The notes under the pieces: generated by a model
Seen by the model: the letters and a program-made list of their open reading frames with translations, nothing else
Told to the model about the DNA's origin: nothing
Database searches by the model: none
Made by a program: the position numbers and the translations under genes
Part shown: positions 25,170 to 37,340 of the stretch, piece by piece
Layout of the letters: every line of letters starts with the position of its first letter
Position numbering within the stretch: the stretch's first letter is position 1
Origin: Lama glama
Taxonomy: Eukaryota
Direction of reading: 5' to 3'
Assembly: GCA_028534125.1 (NCBI GenBank)
Contig: CM052816.1
Span: 57,042,001 to 57,106,000 of the forward strand
Length of the DNA: 64,000 nt

Positions 25170-26480
25170 CAAACTTAAGCTCTACTGGCCCCCAGAGCTA
25201 GGTGATCTAGAGGCATCCCTTGGGCAACAGTCACAAAAATCAGAGCTCCAGACTAGCATGTAAGCTCCTTTCTGGGAGATACCAATGAGCTGTAGTGCGG
25301 CAGAGGGAGAGTGCAAAGATGGCATTCCCCAGCCGACATTCCCTGAGCGCACCTCCAAGGCCTCTAGATGTGTGCCAAACCTGAAGTCTGCCCCTCAGCC
25401 TGCTGCCCCAGGACCAGCAAGTAGGCTTCTTTCAGGGAAGTGCTGGGGGTATGTTGTAGTCTGCTGTCCGTGCATTGCCTTGGAGATAGTATCCTGCCAA
25501 GGACAGTCTCTCTGATTGTTACAGTCCCACAGTACCCAGTAACACAAATGCCCTGGCCTCCAGAGCCAGGTGATCAAAGAGTGACCTCTGAACAGAAGCT
25601 CAAAAACCAGGGCGCCAGACATAAAAACTGGGGTACCAAACACATACAAGAGCTCCCCTCTGAGAGATGCCAGCACTGTGGCACATGGCAAAAGGAGAGA
25701 GTGAAGATAGTGACTTCCCTCTGAGGTCTTGGGAAAGGATTACAGTCAGCCCTTAGATATGTATTTAATTAGAAGCTTGGCCCTCAGGCTGCAGCCATGG
25801 TAAGCTAATTGGCCTTTTTCCAGAAAGACTGAGCTCCTGGATCGGTTGCCTCTTACTCTGTGTCCTGGGGTGGTAGTGTTGAAGAATGTCTCTCCATTGG
25901 TTACAGTTCTGTAGGACCTCGGAGCATAAGCCTCATTGGCCACCACAGCCTGGCAGCAGCTGCAAAAATCAAGGCACCAGAGAAAGGTACCAGCTCCTTT
26001 CTATAAGATACCAGCAAGCTGGAGTGAGGCAGAGGGAGACTGAAAAGACTGCATTCACCAGCCTCTGTTCCCAGAGAGCCCATCTGCGTGTCCTGAGGAA
26101 TGTGTCAGGCCTAAAGCCTGTCCCTCAGGCCGAAGCTCCTGGACAGGCAAATACATGTCTTTCTCAGAAAGATGGGGATGTATTTCAGTTTGTCTGTGCA
26201 GTGCCCTAGGAGTGGTAGTCTACAGAGAGCTGTCTTTCCAATTTTAGAGTCCCATAGTTCTACCTAGAAACTCAAGCCCCTCTGGCCTTCAGAGCCAGGT
26301 GATCAAGAGGCATCTTCTGGGTGGCAGCTGCAAAAATCAGGTCACCAGATGTAGAAACCAGGGCACCAGGCATGTGTAGAAGCTCCCCTCTGGGCGATAC
26401 TGGCACTCAAGTGTGGCAGAGAGAGTGCAAGATGGTGCCCACTGGTTAGAGCAAGGCAGAGAGGGAGTGCAAAGATGGCA
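25170..26480 (-). repeat. Tandem ~350-380 bp monomers in the L1 5'UTR (about 4 copies)
   Basis: A motif of the type cagagccaggtgatc...aaaaa(t/c)ca...agctcc...ggcagagggag...aagatgg recurs near 25190, 25560, 25940 and 26290. Confidence 0.8.
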
Positions 26481-26494
26481 GTAGCTGAAAGATG

Positions 26495-26582
26495 GGGGAA
26501 AAAAGAAATGAAAAAGAAGAAAAAATAATAAAGAGAAAAATGAGAAGAAAAAGGAAAAAAAGAGAAAGAAAAAGAAAAAAAG
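26495..26582 (+). repeat. A/G-rich low-complexity tract
   Basis: ggggaaaaaagaaatgaaaaagaagaaaaaataataaagagaaaaa... Confidence 0.85.
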
Positions 26583-29067
26583 ATGGCGCCTGCTGGCTTT
26601 AGCACAGCAGAGGCAGAGCAGGAAGCTGGTGCCCACCAGTCTCCATCCTAGGAGGGTGTTCCAGCAGGTCCTTGCCCCTCAGACCAACACTTTAAAATTA
26701 GGAAATGAGTCTTTCACATAGAGTCTGGGCACCTTTCAAAGGGCTGCTTCTGCACTGAGCCCTGGGGTGGGTGAGTCTGCGTATGAGCTGTTTAAGAGAC
26801 ATTCCTCGGTTCATGTGTCTCAAGGGCACGAGCACCACTTGTTTCCAAAGCCAGATGTTTTGGGGGCTCGTATCGTAGGTGCTGGTCTTAAAAGCTGCCG
26901 TGCGCAATGTGGGGTACAAACCCTTCTCTCCTCGGGGAGAAGCTCTGGGTTTCGAGTTCCCTTCTGATTTGGGGTTGCCACATTGGGTGTGGGGTTTAGG
27001 AGATTGTGTCTTAACCTTTTCTACCCACTTTGACATGGTTTCCCTCTTGTTTGCCCAATGTGAAGGGGCCACTCTGCCAGTATTTAGGGTTTTTTTCAGA
27101 GGAAAGTGTTCCATATATACCTGTAGATTCAATGTGTCTGTGAGAGGAGGTGAGGTCATGATCTTCCTATGTCACCATCTTAAACTGAAACCTTCCTGTA
27201 TTATTATTTTAAAAGAGTATTCCTGAATGACTGAGCACAGGAGAAAGCAGAAGCAGAAAAGGAAGCTCTCAGGTGGAGGAGGGCTGAGAGACCCTAACTG
27301 TGTATGTGAGTGGTAATTACTTCCACACCAATGGCAGCTTACTCTCTGCCTCACATGTACTCTGGTGCCTGGGTCACAGTGAAGGGTGGTGCTGCCTGCA
27401 GGTATCCAGGCGGCTGCCCCTGTGAGGTGGGTCTGCAGAACTGCTTCCTCCTGGGATGTGCCCCAGAAGCACACACGTGACAAGGCCTGCAGGGCCCGCT
27501 GCCCTCCTAGGATCCAGCCTTTGCATCCCCCCTTTCTTTCACCCTGAATGATGTATTTCCCATTATGCCTGGGAAAGGCTGCACTCTTGGGATTCACAGC
27601 AAGGCTTGCCAGCATGGGGATGCCAGCGTACTGTAGGATAGTCCAGGGCCTCCAGTTTGGTCTGTGATGGGATGGAGCTCTGGTCAGTGAGCACTGACAC
27701 AGCCTCTCTCTTCAACCACCTCTGAGGAGGCTGGCCCTGGTCACCACATGCAGAGGGCTTGAGGGAAAAGGAGCATTTTAAAGTACTGAGTTTCCCACTG
27801 GAAGTTAAAACAAAAAATGGAGCAGCAGGGGCTTGCCCCATTCAGTTGCCGAGAGCAGCTGCTGATGAAGTCTCCAGCCCCCAGCGAGTGGAGAGCAGAA
27901 CATGTCCCGGGTAGGGGCTGCTTCCATCCAAACCAAACTTCCCCTCAATGACTTCATTGAAAGCTGGTTTACATCATGAAGAGAAACTCCATTTATTTAT
28001 TTGTAATAGCTTTGGGATTTTATGGACCTGCAAGAGGATGTAATTTAAGAAAACATTAGCAAGCTATTCCAAATACTAAGGTTTTGAAACTTGCTATGCC
28101 AAATAATCATCAATGGAAATATTTCAATATTAAGAATGAAAAGCTGCAGCAAAACTCCTTTTGAGCAGGGCTTTTGAGGTGGAGAGGTTTTGAAATGTAT
28201 ATTTTTGATTATGACATCCTGGGGTCCTCAGAAAAGACAACTGCATTTCCAGGAACCCATGATGAACAACATATGATCTAATAGAAGGGGGTGCATCTAA
28301 TGCCTCCCTTGTGGGGTGTTAGACTATAAATAACTTAGAAAATTCATTGGCCGATCCATTCTCTGTTGCCTCACTTTGAACACGGTGTTGGAGGGAATTA
28401 CATGATGTTTTTACTAGAGTTTTAAAGACAAAATAATCAGAGGGTTACCAGGAAAGAGAGTGAGCGAAGAATGGCCCTTTACTGCAGAAATGTATTTTTC
28501 AAGTTCCCATTCTATTAGCAGTCGTATGTTAGTGATGTTTTCATTTCCTCCAATAGCCAACATCATAAGTCTTTAGAAATCTTTTTGAACCATGTTCAAT
28601 CCTGTCCTCCTATTGGAAGCATACAAAATCCAATGATGGGAGACACAAATTCCCCATCCATCAAATCTTTATCTTTTATCTTCCAGAGACACATGTTGGA
28701 AGGGTGGGTGCGTACACCTGCTTGTCTGCCTGTAATTACAGGCACATGCATTATGCTTATAAATTTAGGTATCTATCTCCTACCCCTGCCCCACTTGACT
28801 GACCTTCTTTAGGGCACAATTAAATATTGTTTATGTTTATAGCCCCAGGCCTACACTGCTGCTCAGTTGTTGAGTAAGTTTATAGACTATTTACTATGCT
28901 GAACACTCTGTTAAGCACTGAGGGCCAGAGGGAAAGAGCAGAATCTACAAAAGTGACTCGGCCTCTCTCAAGCAGCTCAGATCTTGTGGAAAGAGGATTA
29001 CCATTCAGAGAAAAACTCAAGACCTTAGGGTTATAGCTAACATTTAAACAGCAGTAGGTCATGAGAG

Positions 29068-29245
29068 TTTATCTGACCCATACAAAAACGCTTTGAGGAG
29101 GATATCATTTTTCATATTTTTCAAATGAAGAAACCAAGAATTAAAAGGGTAAGTGGATTTTTACAAGATCATAGAGCAGTAAGAGGTGAAGTTGGGTCTT
29201 TCATCCCCAAGTTTGATTCTTACCCCATTGTACTTTCCTCTCCCC
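29068..29245 (-). mobile_element. MIR SINE
   Basis: atttttcaaatgaagaaaccaagaattaaaagggtaagtggatttttacaagatcatagagcagtaag, the reverse-complement MIR core. Confidence 0.65.
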
Positions 29246-29294
29246 ACACTTTTCCCCAAGTCAGGACATTGACACATATACACCTACTTTTTCC

Positions 29295-29673
29295 TTTAAT
29301 AATAGCTTTATTGAGATATAATTCACATATCACTAAGTTCAGTCCTCAAAAGATGTAATTTAGTGGTTTTTAGTATATTCAGAAAGTTGAGTAATCATCA
29401 TTTCTGTGTAATTTCAGAACATTTTCATTACCCTCAAAAGAAACCGCATACCTATAACCACTCTCTATTCCCCCTTCCCCTAGTCCCTTGCAAACACCAA
29501 TCTATTTTCTGTCTCTATGGATTTGCACATTCTGAATGTTTCATATAAATGGAATCATGCAATATGTGGCCTTTTGTGTCTGGCTTATTTCATTTTGCAT
29601 AAATTTCTCAAGGATCATCTATGTGGTAGCATGTATCAGAACTTCATTCCTTTTCAAGACAGAACAATATTCC
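29295..29673 (-). mobile_element. L1MB-like 3' end, cut by an assembly gap
   Basis: agctttattgagatataattcacata...tctgtctctatggatttgc...aaatggaatcatgcaatatgtggccttttgtgtctggctt. Confidence 0.88.
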
Positions 29674-30173
29674 NNNNNNNNNNNNNNNNNNNNNNNNNNN
29701 NNNNNNNNNNNNNNNNNNNNNNNNNNNNNNNNNNNNNNNNNNNNNNNNNNNNNNNNNNNNNNNNNNNNNNNNNNNNNNNNNNNNNNNNNNNNNNNNNNNN
29801 NNNNNNNNNNNNNNNNNNNNNNNNNNNNNNNNNNNNNNNNNNNNNNNNNNNNNNNNNNNNNNNNNNNNNNNNNNNNNNNNNNNNNNNNNNNNNNNNNNNN
29901 NNNNNNNNNNNNNNNNNNNNNNNNNNNNNNNNNNNNNNNNNNNNNNNNNNNNNNNNNNNNNNNNNNNNNNNNNNNNNNNNNNNNNNNNNNNNNNNNNNNN
30001 NNNNNNNNNNNNNNNNNNNNNNNNNNNNNNNNNNNNNNNNNNNNNNNNNNNNNNNNNNNNNNNNNNNNNNNNNNNNNNNNNNNNNNNNNNNNNNNNNNNN
30101 NNNNNNNNNNNNNNNNNNNNNNNNNNNNNNNNNNNNNNNNNNNNNNNNNNNNNNNNNNNNNNNNNNNNNNNNN
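29674..30173. other. Assembly gap (500 N)
   Basis: Run of N; the same length as the second gap, suggesting a fixed placeholder size. Confidence 0.99.
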
Positions 30174-32214
30174 TAAGACCCCCTGTGTCTTGGGCTGAGG
30201 GCCCATAATCTGGGTTGGGATGTGTTCATGGGGGCACAGCTTCTCCAGGCAGAAAATAATAGGGGGCCAGCCACACAGCTACGGGGGTGGCTGGGGGAAG
30301 GTGATGCCAGCCCCACAGGGACGAGAGTGTAAAAATCTTAGGATAAGGGCCTTGGGGCTTCATAAAGAGCAACACTGGTTTTTCAGATTCTGTGTTCCTG
30401 CTTCTCACCCTCTGTGTTTTTTTTTTTATTTCTTTAAAAAAAATTCTGGTTTATCTCAGCCGAGTTAAAGGGAATAAGAAAATCTTTTTTATTGTTTGAT
30501 TTGTTTTGTCACTGAGTTTCAGAGAGAGAGAGATCTGGGTGCTCTTGAGGGCCAGACTCTGTGGTGACCAAAGAAGACATAAGAATGAGGAGTAAGGGCT
30601 GAGGCTGCTTAAACAGACGTCCCCACTCCCCAGCAGTTCTTCCGGGATTTTCTGTGAAAATTGGATCGGTGGGTGGGGTGGTGAGGAGAGGGGTGCTTGG
30701 TTATAATAACATATACCCAATAGAAAACAATAATTTAGAGATTAGCTTCATGCAATGCGCCTTTCTGCAGGGCAAGAAGCGGGTTTGGTTGGCCTCCGTT
30801 TGCCCAGGGTGATTTAGAGACGCCTTTGAACAACGATGCTTGTGGCCCCGCAAAGGCCAGTGACTAACTGACCTGTCTGTGTATGGTCCACTTCGGAAAC
30901 AGAAACTTCCCCGGTGGCATGGGAAAGAAAACACCAACCTAATCCTGAAAGGGTAACTTTAAACCAAAGCCCAGCCGAGAGAGAGAGTGGGAGAGAGACT
31001 GCCAGCTGAGCCAGGCCAGAAATAAAAGTCCCATTGTCCTGGCTGAGGCCGGCTCCAGGCGCACGCTCCCACCTCGCTTGGCTTGCTCTGCACGCTGACA
31101 CTTCTGGTACCTGAGAGAGCGCATTCCAGAGCCGGGCAGCCTTCACACTAAACTGCAGCTGGAGGCACGGGGGGTGGGGTACGGGGAAGTTATGACACGG
31201 AAAATCATTAAGCATGGATGGAGTCAACCTCAAACCTGCCGGAAAGCAGGGATGAGGAATCCAGGAGGGTTGGGTCCATGGGAGGAGAGCAAGGGGTGGG
31301 TTAAGAATAGGCGAGATGAGGAAGGGGAACTGTCCTGGCTCAGCTAGAGAGGAGGATGGAGAGCCTGCTCCAGGAGGCAGTCCGCATCCTAGAAGGTTTC
31401 AGTGAGCTCCAGGGCCCTGGCAGCCGTGGGAGGGATCTCCGTGAGCCCTGGGTGCAGGCAGCAGCTCACTCTCGGGGCAGAGACGTTGGAGGCCCATCTG
31501 CTTAGTAAAGATACACGGGAGGAATAAAAAGCCCCAAGATAAAAAAAAACTTAAAGTAAAAGAGTAGATAGGCTGTCCACAGAATACAAAGTGGAAAGAG
31601 ATGGGATGGAAGCCAGGAGCCAAGGACTTTAGCCTATGACCTCATCAGATCACCTGCCAGCTCTGAGTTGGACATCAATCAGTCAGAGTGAACAGATGGG
31701 GCCCGGCCTCTCCCATCCCTTCTCCGTCTGGTGTTCTGAGATCCTCTGAGCATGTGCCTCCTGGGTCCAAAGCAGAGAGTGTCCTTACCTGCCTTCTTCT
31801 GTCTTGTCATCCCAGTCTCAGGACTGCCCTCTAGAGATCTCCAAGGCCTTCCCCATCTGGGAAATTGCCCCATTCTGTGACTGAAACCTGTTTACACCGA
31901 CAGTCTCAACCCCTCAAACTGGACCAAGGTGGAGGAGTGGAGCGTGGAGGGCCTAAGGGTTCTGAATGTTGGGGAGGGAAGATGCTGCACTGTGGTGACA
32001 AGAGCCCAAGGAAAGGAGTTTGGGCACGATGAAGACATGCTTAGAAGACTTTGTAGCTTCATATCCTGGGTCCTCCTTCCTTATCTTCAACCCAAAGGGG
32101 AAAAATGGAAGCTATTCCCAGAATTTAAGAACAGTCTAAAAATGAATCCTTCATTATAAATGGGCTGCATTCCCAGAGGACTTACTCATCTAGGTGTGAT
32201 TCTGTATGTGTTAG

Positions 32215-32350
32215 CCAGAAGAGCCTGGGCTCATATTCATGCCTAGGTTTTGGCCTCAGCTTTGGCTTTAACTAGTTCTGTAGCCTTGGTAGAATCTGGG
32301 CACCTCTCTGGGCCTCAGTTTCCTCATCTGGAAATAAGGAGGCTATCAGC
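32215..32350 (+). mobile_element. MIR fragment
   Basis: cctctctgggcctcagtttcctcatctggaaataagg core. Confidence 0.75.
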
Positions 32351-32364
32351 ATCTCCAGGCTGAG

Positions 32365-32436
32365 CCCTGAGGAGATCCAGAAGAACTCCAAACACTTATT
32401 CCCTGAGGAGATCCAGAAGAACTCCAAACACTTATT
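32365..32436 (+). repeat. Perfect 36-bp tandem duplication
   Basis: ccctgaggagatccagaagaactccaaacacttatt occurs at 32365-32400 and 32401-32436. Confidence 0.97.
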
Positions 32437-32903
32437 CAAGGTGAATGATAAATCCACAGCTGGCTGTTTATACCTGTGGTCCAAGATGGTCCAAGCAAAG
32501 GAGTGTCCAATGAGGAACTCAGAATCCAGGCCCAGGAGGACAGAGAGAAAGGGCAGATGCCCAAAATATGATTGCTCATGTCCTCCCACCCCACCCCACC
32601 CTGCAGCTTCTAATTATTAAAAAATTAAAAATTGAGAGGCTGGATGACATGATCTCTGACAGTCCTTGCAGACATTCATTCACTGATGCTATGAGCACAA
32701 GCCATCTTTGGTGTGCTCTCTCGGCCATCCTCTCCTATTTTTCCATCCTTGTCAGCCTGTAGAGGCAGAGCTGGTGGGAATATGAGCTCGTGGCAGTGAC
32801 ATTTAGCAGGTACCCTTGGTGGAGCTGCCTAGAAGCACATCAGTGCAGTCCTTTGCCCGGATGCATGCCTTTTCTCAGCAGCACAGTCAGGCAAAGCAGA
32901 GGG

Positions 32904-33053
32904 CAGGGCTGGCTTCACGGCTATGTGATCTTGGAAGGGCCCCACACTTGGCTTGATGCTCTGTTGTCTCCATCTTGAAATTTTTAATGTTGTTTTTGAC
33001 AAGGGGCCCTGCTTTTGCATTTTGCGCTGGGTCCCACTAATTATGAAACCAGG
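32904..33053 (+). mobile_element. MER91A-like hAT-Tip100 MITE
   Basis: cagggctggcttca...gaagggccccacacttggcttgatgctctg...tcttgaaatttttaat...aaggggccc...cattttgcgctgggtcccactaattatg. Confidence 0.8.
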
Positions 33054-33276
33054 GCCAGCCAGTGGGCAGCTTCCTGGACCAGGTGCTAGTGGGTACAGAT
33101 GTGAGCAGGGCATCCTCACCACAGGTGCCAGCTCCATAGACTAAGGGGCAAGTAAGTGATCCATGGGGTGTGTGGACATGGCTCAATTTACGATGTACAA
33201 GCACATGACTGTGAAAATACACTTTTCTTCCAACAAAAAGCACCAACAAATGCATTTATCCAATATTAGTAAGTAG

Positions 33277-33400
33277 GTGTGTGTATATAAATATATGTAA
33301 ATATGTATATATTTATGTATATTATATATTATGTGTATATAAATATATTGTAATTGTACATGTATATATTTATTTATATACACATATACAGAAACGCACA
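33277..33400. repeat. Degenerate (TA)n/(TATG)n low-complexity tract
   Basis: gtgtgtgtatataaatatatgtaaatatgtatatatttatgtatat... Confidence 0.85.
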
Positions 33401-33689
33401 CATAAAACCTTTAAATGGCTGGAGAGACCTGAAGCAATTTAAGATCAATAGTGAATCAAATGTGTATGTGCTTTGCACTGAGCAAATTTTCTTAATCAAC
33501 ACATTCAGTGATCTGGGGAAGACATTTAGGCTTTGGAAACTTTACAGAGGTGACTTTTAAACAGAATATGATGGGGGAATCAGGGCATAAACCCAGGTCA
33601 GGATTGCCGCTTGGGCAGGAGGGAGTTTCCATGCTCGTTGCTATCCCTGTCTTTGGAAGGGGCTATGTGCATGCACTATTTGAATATTC

Positions 33690-33790
33690 ACAGACTCTTG
33701 AGAATAGGAACTTGATTGTACTCACCTTTGTGTCTTCAATGTGTGCCGGCATAGAGGCTGGTAAATCAATATTTGCTTATGAATGAATAT
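33690..33790 (+). mobile_element. L2 3' end
   Basis: ctcttgagaataggaac...ggcatagagg...tcaatatttgcttatgaatgaat. Confidence 0.6.
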
Positions 33791-33875
33791 TCATCTCCAA
33801 GTGGACAGGATATTTTTCTTAAAACATAACACATTTATTTAAGATGAATGAATATATATTTAGCTATGTAAAAAT

Positions 33876-34070
33876 ATCATAGATTAGTAGAACATTAGAT
33901 GACAAAGACCATTGACTATTATCTAGTCCAGCCCTCTCATTTTATAGATTAGAAAGCTGAGGCTCAAAATGCCTAAATAAGTTATCTGAGGTCACTTAGC
34001 TAATCTGTAGCAGAACCTGGCTCTTCTGTTATCTTACCCAAGTGAATTTTTCCACTAACCCACCCTGCCT
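33876..34070 (-). mobile_element. MIR3/MIRc-like SINE
   Basis: atctagtccagccctctcattttatagattagaaagctgaggctc...gaggtcacttagcta. Confidence 0.75.
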
Positions 34071-34610
34071 TAAGAATCAGGAAGCATAAATAAAGAGTCC
34101 TAGGTGTTTACTCACCACTTATATATAGTTTTCCTAACCCTTCATTATGGAAAGGGAGAACTTAACTGTTTTAATTGCCACCTGCAAAAGGACTTCACAA
34201 TCTGCTACAGTTGCTCTTTGGCAAGCCCCTGGGAAAGATGATTTGAGATCTAAGACAAAATGCGGAAGAAGGTCTAATAAAAGCTTTTTATTTGTAGATT
34301 GGAATTAAGTGCTCTGTGCCCAGACTGTTGGCTTTCTCCTGACTCCAGGGTTGCTGCTTTAACGCTTCAGTGAGCAGAAAATTGGAGAGTAAGAGCGTCA
34401 GTCGCTCGGCCCTGCCAAGCAACACCCCCTCAAACCTAAGCGAAATGTAATATTTTGCTTGCTCAGAACAACTCCAAAACCACCTCAGCTCCATTCATAC
34501 CAGGGTTTTGAGGAAGCTGCAATACAGTTATTTTGTGTCACCAGAGCGTCAGCCCCTTTGTATGATTCCTTAAGGCTGCATTTCTAAAAAGGATCGCCCC
34601 AGTCACAGAT

Positions 34611-34663
34611 GGCCAATCAGATGCAGCCCTTAAGCCCCAAACTGCTGGGCAGGACTGACGTCA
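34611..34663. promoter_or_regulatory. CCAAT box plus full palindromic CRE
   Basis: ggCCAATcag at 34611-34620 and TGACGTCA at 34656-34663; function not shown. Confidence 0.4.
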
Positions 34664-34867
34664 GATTGCTGCTTTCAGGGAGGGTGGAGCAGTGAACAGA
34701 CAGCATTAAGGCTTCGCCAGGAAATTAGAGGTGCAAATTGCATGGTGGTGGCTGCAGGGCAAGAGGAAAATTGCAGGCCATTGCCTGCAGAGAGAGAGAA
34801 ATAGCAGGGTGGTATTTTGGGGCCTGGCGACACTGGGCCACTGGGCATGCTCATCGTTGCCTTAAAA

Positions 34868-34899
34868 CACACACACACACATACACACACACACACACA
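34868..34899. repeat. (CA)n microsatellite, interrupted once
   Basis: cacacacacacacatacacacacacacacaca. Confidence 0.95.
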
Positions 34900-35994
34900 A
34901 GAGCAACAGCAACAACAACATTTTCCTGAAGTCTGATATATAAACAGAAAAGTGCACAATCATAAAGTTCAGTGAACTTGTGTAACCTAACTGGTAACCT
35001 GCGCCCTGATCAAGAAGAAGAACATGCCCTCCCATCCTCTCCCAGTCACCCCACTCCAAGGGGAACCGCTGTTCTGATTCTGCCTTGTCTTTTCAATGGA
35101 AGCCAAGTGACATCTGAGGAGGAGACAGCCTGGTGGAGCTTGGCCAGATTCTTCCCACAGCCCCATCGCTGCAGGCCCAGCCTGGCAGCCTGCTGGGTCC
35201 GGGCTAGCCCAGCAGTGCCCGTGGATCTGGGCAGGGTGGGACTGGGAGAGGAGGAGTGGGCGGCTCCTGAGGAAAGGAGGCTTGAAGTCAGGAAGGGGCA
35301 GCAAGGAGGACTCACAAGCCCGCAGAGCTGGTCCCCACCCTGCCCGAGGCGGGAGAAGGTAAGGCGCCAGGCCCCTCACTGGTCCCGGCTCTTGGTCGTA
35401 CTCGACGGCATCGGACTGTTCACAGAGGGCTTCTTCTGTTTCTTTTTTGGTGTTTTTGTGGGTTCTTTCTCTTTGTAGGCTCTCTGAGTTGCCTTATAGT
35501 GGTCAACCATTCTGAGGGAGGAGCAGAGGCTGTCCTGCTCCACGGGCTTCCTGTCAGGCAGCAGAGTCAGGCCTCCGTGGCTTGGCAGCTTCCACCCTGA
35601 TTCTTGTGGCCTGGAGTCATGGCTGGTTTTGCTTAGTTTGCCACCTGGCTGCAGTGGACTGTTTTACCCCGAGTTAGATGCTGTTTCTCAGGAGAGTGAA
35701 GCATGTTTTAAACAGGTCTCATGGTCTGCTCTGAGTCTTGGTTTGGCTTCCCTCTAGCATGAAGTGCTCTTGGTGCTGGAGTACGTGTTTGTACCCGTGG
35801 GGGAGAACCCATTTCCATGTGGGCATCAAGAATAACAGCCTAATTCTTTTCACCTTTTCAGTGGAATCGGGGAGAGATGCTCACACTCTCAGGGGAGGAG
35901 ATCTGTCCCAGTCATCCTGAATCCTTGGCTTGGGGAAGGGAGTTCCTTTGCCTCTTGGGGCTCACCTCCATATACTCCTCACCAGGTTTCTCGT

Positions 35995-36376
35995 CTTGCT
36001 AAGGCCACCCACGACTTCTCAGATGTCAAGTCCAATGAAGACTTTTTAGTCCTAATCTTGAATCATCCCAGTGGCAGCAATGACACTGTTCACCAAGACT
36101 CTTCTCCCTTGGCCGCCCGGAGAGCATGCTTCAGATTTTTCTCCTGCATCTCAGGATGAAATTCAGTCTTTTGTTGTCTCTTCTTCTTCCACTTCTCTTA
36201 TTGTTGTTGTGCTTTCTTAGGTTTTGTCCTCTGCTCTCTGAGACTCTGCATCCTTTTCCTGGGAGATCACATGCACCCACATGGCTTCAGTCTTACATCT
36301 AGATCTTCAATCAGACTTGTTTCCTTAAAGCTCCAGGCTGACCACTGGCCTCCTTGTGGATCCTCTATAAGCATCT
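35995..36376 (+). mobile_element. L2 internal (RT region) fragment
   Basis: ctaaggccacccacgacttc...gtccaatg...tagtcctaatcttg...gcagcaatgacactgttcacca...ctgggagatcacatgcacccacatggcttcag. Confidence 0.7.
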
Positions 36377-36377
36377 A

Positions 36378-36555
36378 CAGCAATTGCTTTCAACTCTTGG
36401 TGCACATTAGAATCATGGCAGCTTAAAAAAAAATACACCTTGTGTGAACTTTATCACCTGAGATACTGATTCAATTGATCTGAATGGGACCTGGACATCA
36501 TTATTTTTAAATCTCCCCAAGAAATTCAAATAAGCAGTCAGAAATTAGGACACTG
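36378..36555. mobile_element. MER5B/MER5A-like MITE
   Basis: tgcacattagaatca...gagatactgattcaattgatctgaatgggacctggacatc...atttttaaatctcccca... Confidence 0.7.
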
Positions 36556-37209
36556 AGGCCCAAGGCACATATATGTAGACAGCTGGAGTGCTTCGGACAG
36601 AAATCCCTTGCATTCCTACACTAGGCTGTCCTCCAGGAAAATAAATCACAACTCTGGCCCTAGACTTTTCAAACCTTTATATAGGCATTGACTGATGAAT
36701 CCACTGCCCCACTGGGAATCAAAAGTGATCCTTGGGCTAGATATGAAAAAACTGAGGCTGAGAGAAAAGACTGATTCAGAAGACTAGTTCTCCACCGCTT
36801 TCCCAGCATAAAACCTCCTCTGACCCTGCTTGAATTCTGGGCATGGTTTAGGGTGTTTTTAAGGCCTCAAGCTCAGTTTCCCTTGTGTCAAGTGCTTCCC
36901 ACTTCTCCCAATGCCCTGAGGTTCTCTGACTGTAGAATGACCAACAAGACATGAACAGAGGGGCTGACAGGAGATATGTTTCTAGGAGCAGTATTAGAAT
37001 CCTCTAGAGGAATCAGAATAACCCTGAACCTCATGAGTTCCCCTGACTATCAAAATGGAGGCAGCAACTCCTACTTTTAGACGAGGTGTGAAAAGCAAGC
37101 AAGAGATAAGGAAGATGCTAAAATACTATCATGTATATTCTAATTTAATCCAGAATTGAGTTTATGCACACAGGGCCTTAAATAACTGTAAAGTGTATGC
37201 TCAGGAAAC

Positions 37210-37340
37210 AAATTCAGAGATAACCTGTCCAACCACTTCATTTCACAGGAGAGGAAACTGAGACCCAGCAGTTAAGAGAGTAGCCCAAGGTTACACTGTC
37301 AGCCAGGTATCAGGTTTCCTAATTCAATGCTCATTTCACT
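37210..37340 (-). mobile_element. MIR3-like SINE
   Basis: catttcacaggagaggaaactgagacccag...gcccaaggttacac. Confidence 0.75.

Larger units (their letters stand above)
20510..27193 (-). mobile_element. Near-full-length defective L1 (L1MA9/L1M2-like): 5'UTR ~24900-27193, ORF1 ~23760-24900, spacer ~23280-23760, ORF2 ~20785-23280, 3'UTR ~20545-20783
   Basis: Minus-strand peptides KKQDPSICCLQETH (endonuclease), KAIYDKPTANI...SFFTLLFNIVL (RT) and NFQPRILHLAKLPLRTEEGIKSPPDKQKVKEFITTKLALQEML (ORF1 C-terminus); YY1-type aagatggtg at the 5' end; degenerate TSD tcctggattatcgtt (20495-20509) / tcctgtattattatt (27194-27208); many stops and frameshifts. Confidence 0.92.

Noticed and set aside
29517..30316. 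~220 aa ORFs spanning the first gap (also 59307-60037)
   Set aside because: They consist mostly of X residues translated from N runs.
32365..32436. 36-bp direct repeat as a CRISPR-like repeat
   Set aside because: Only two adjacent copies with no spacer, in mammalian DNA with no cas genes.
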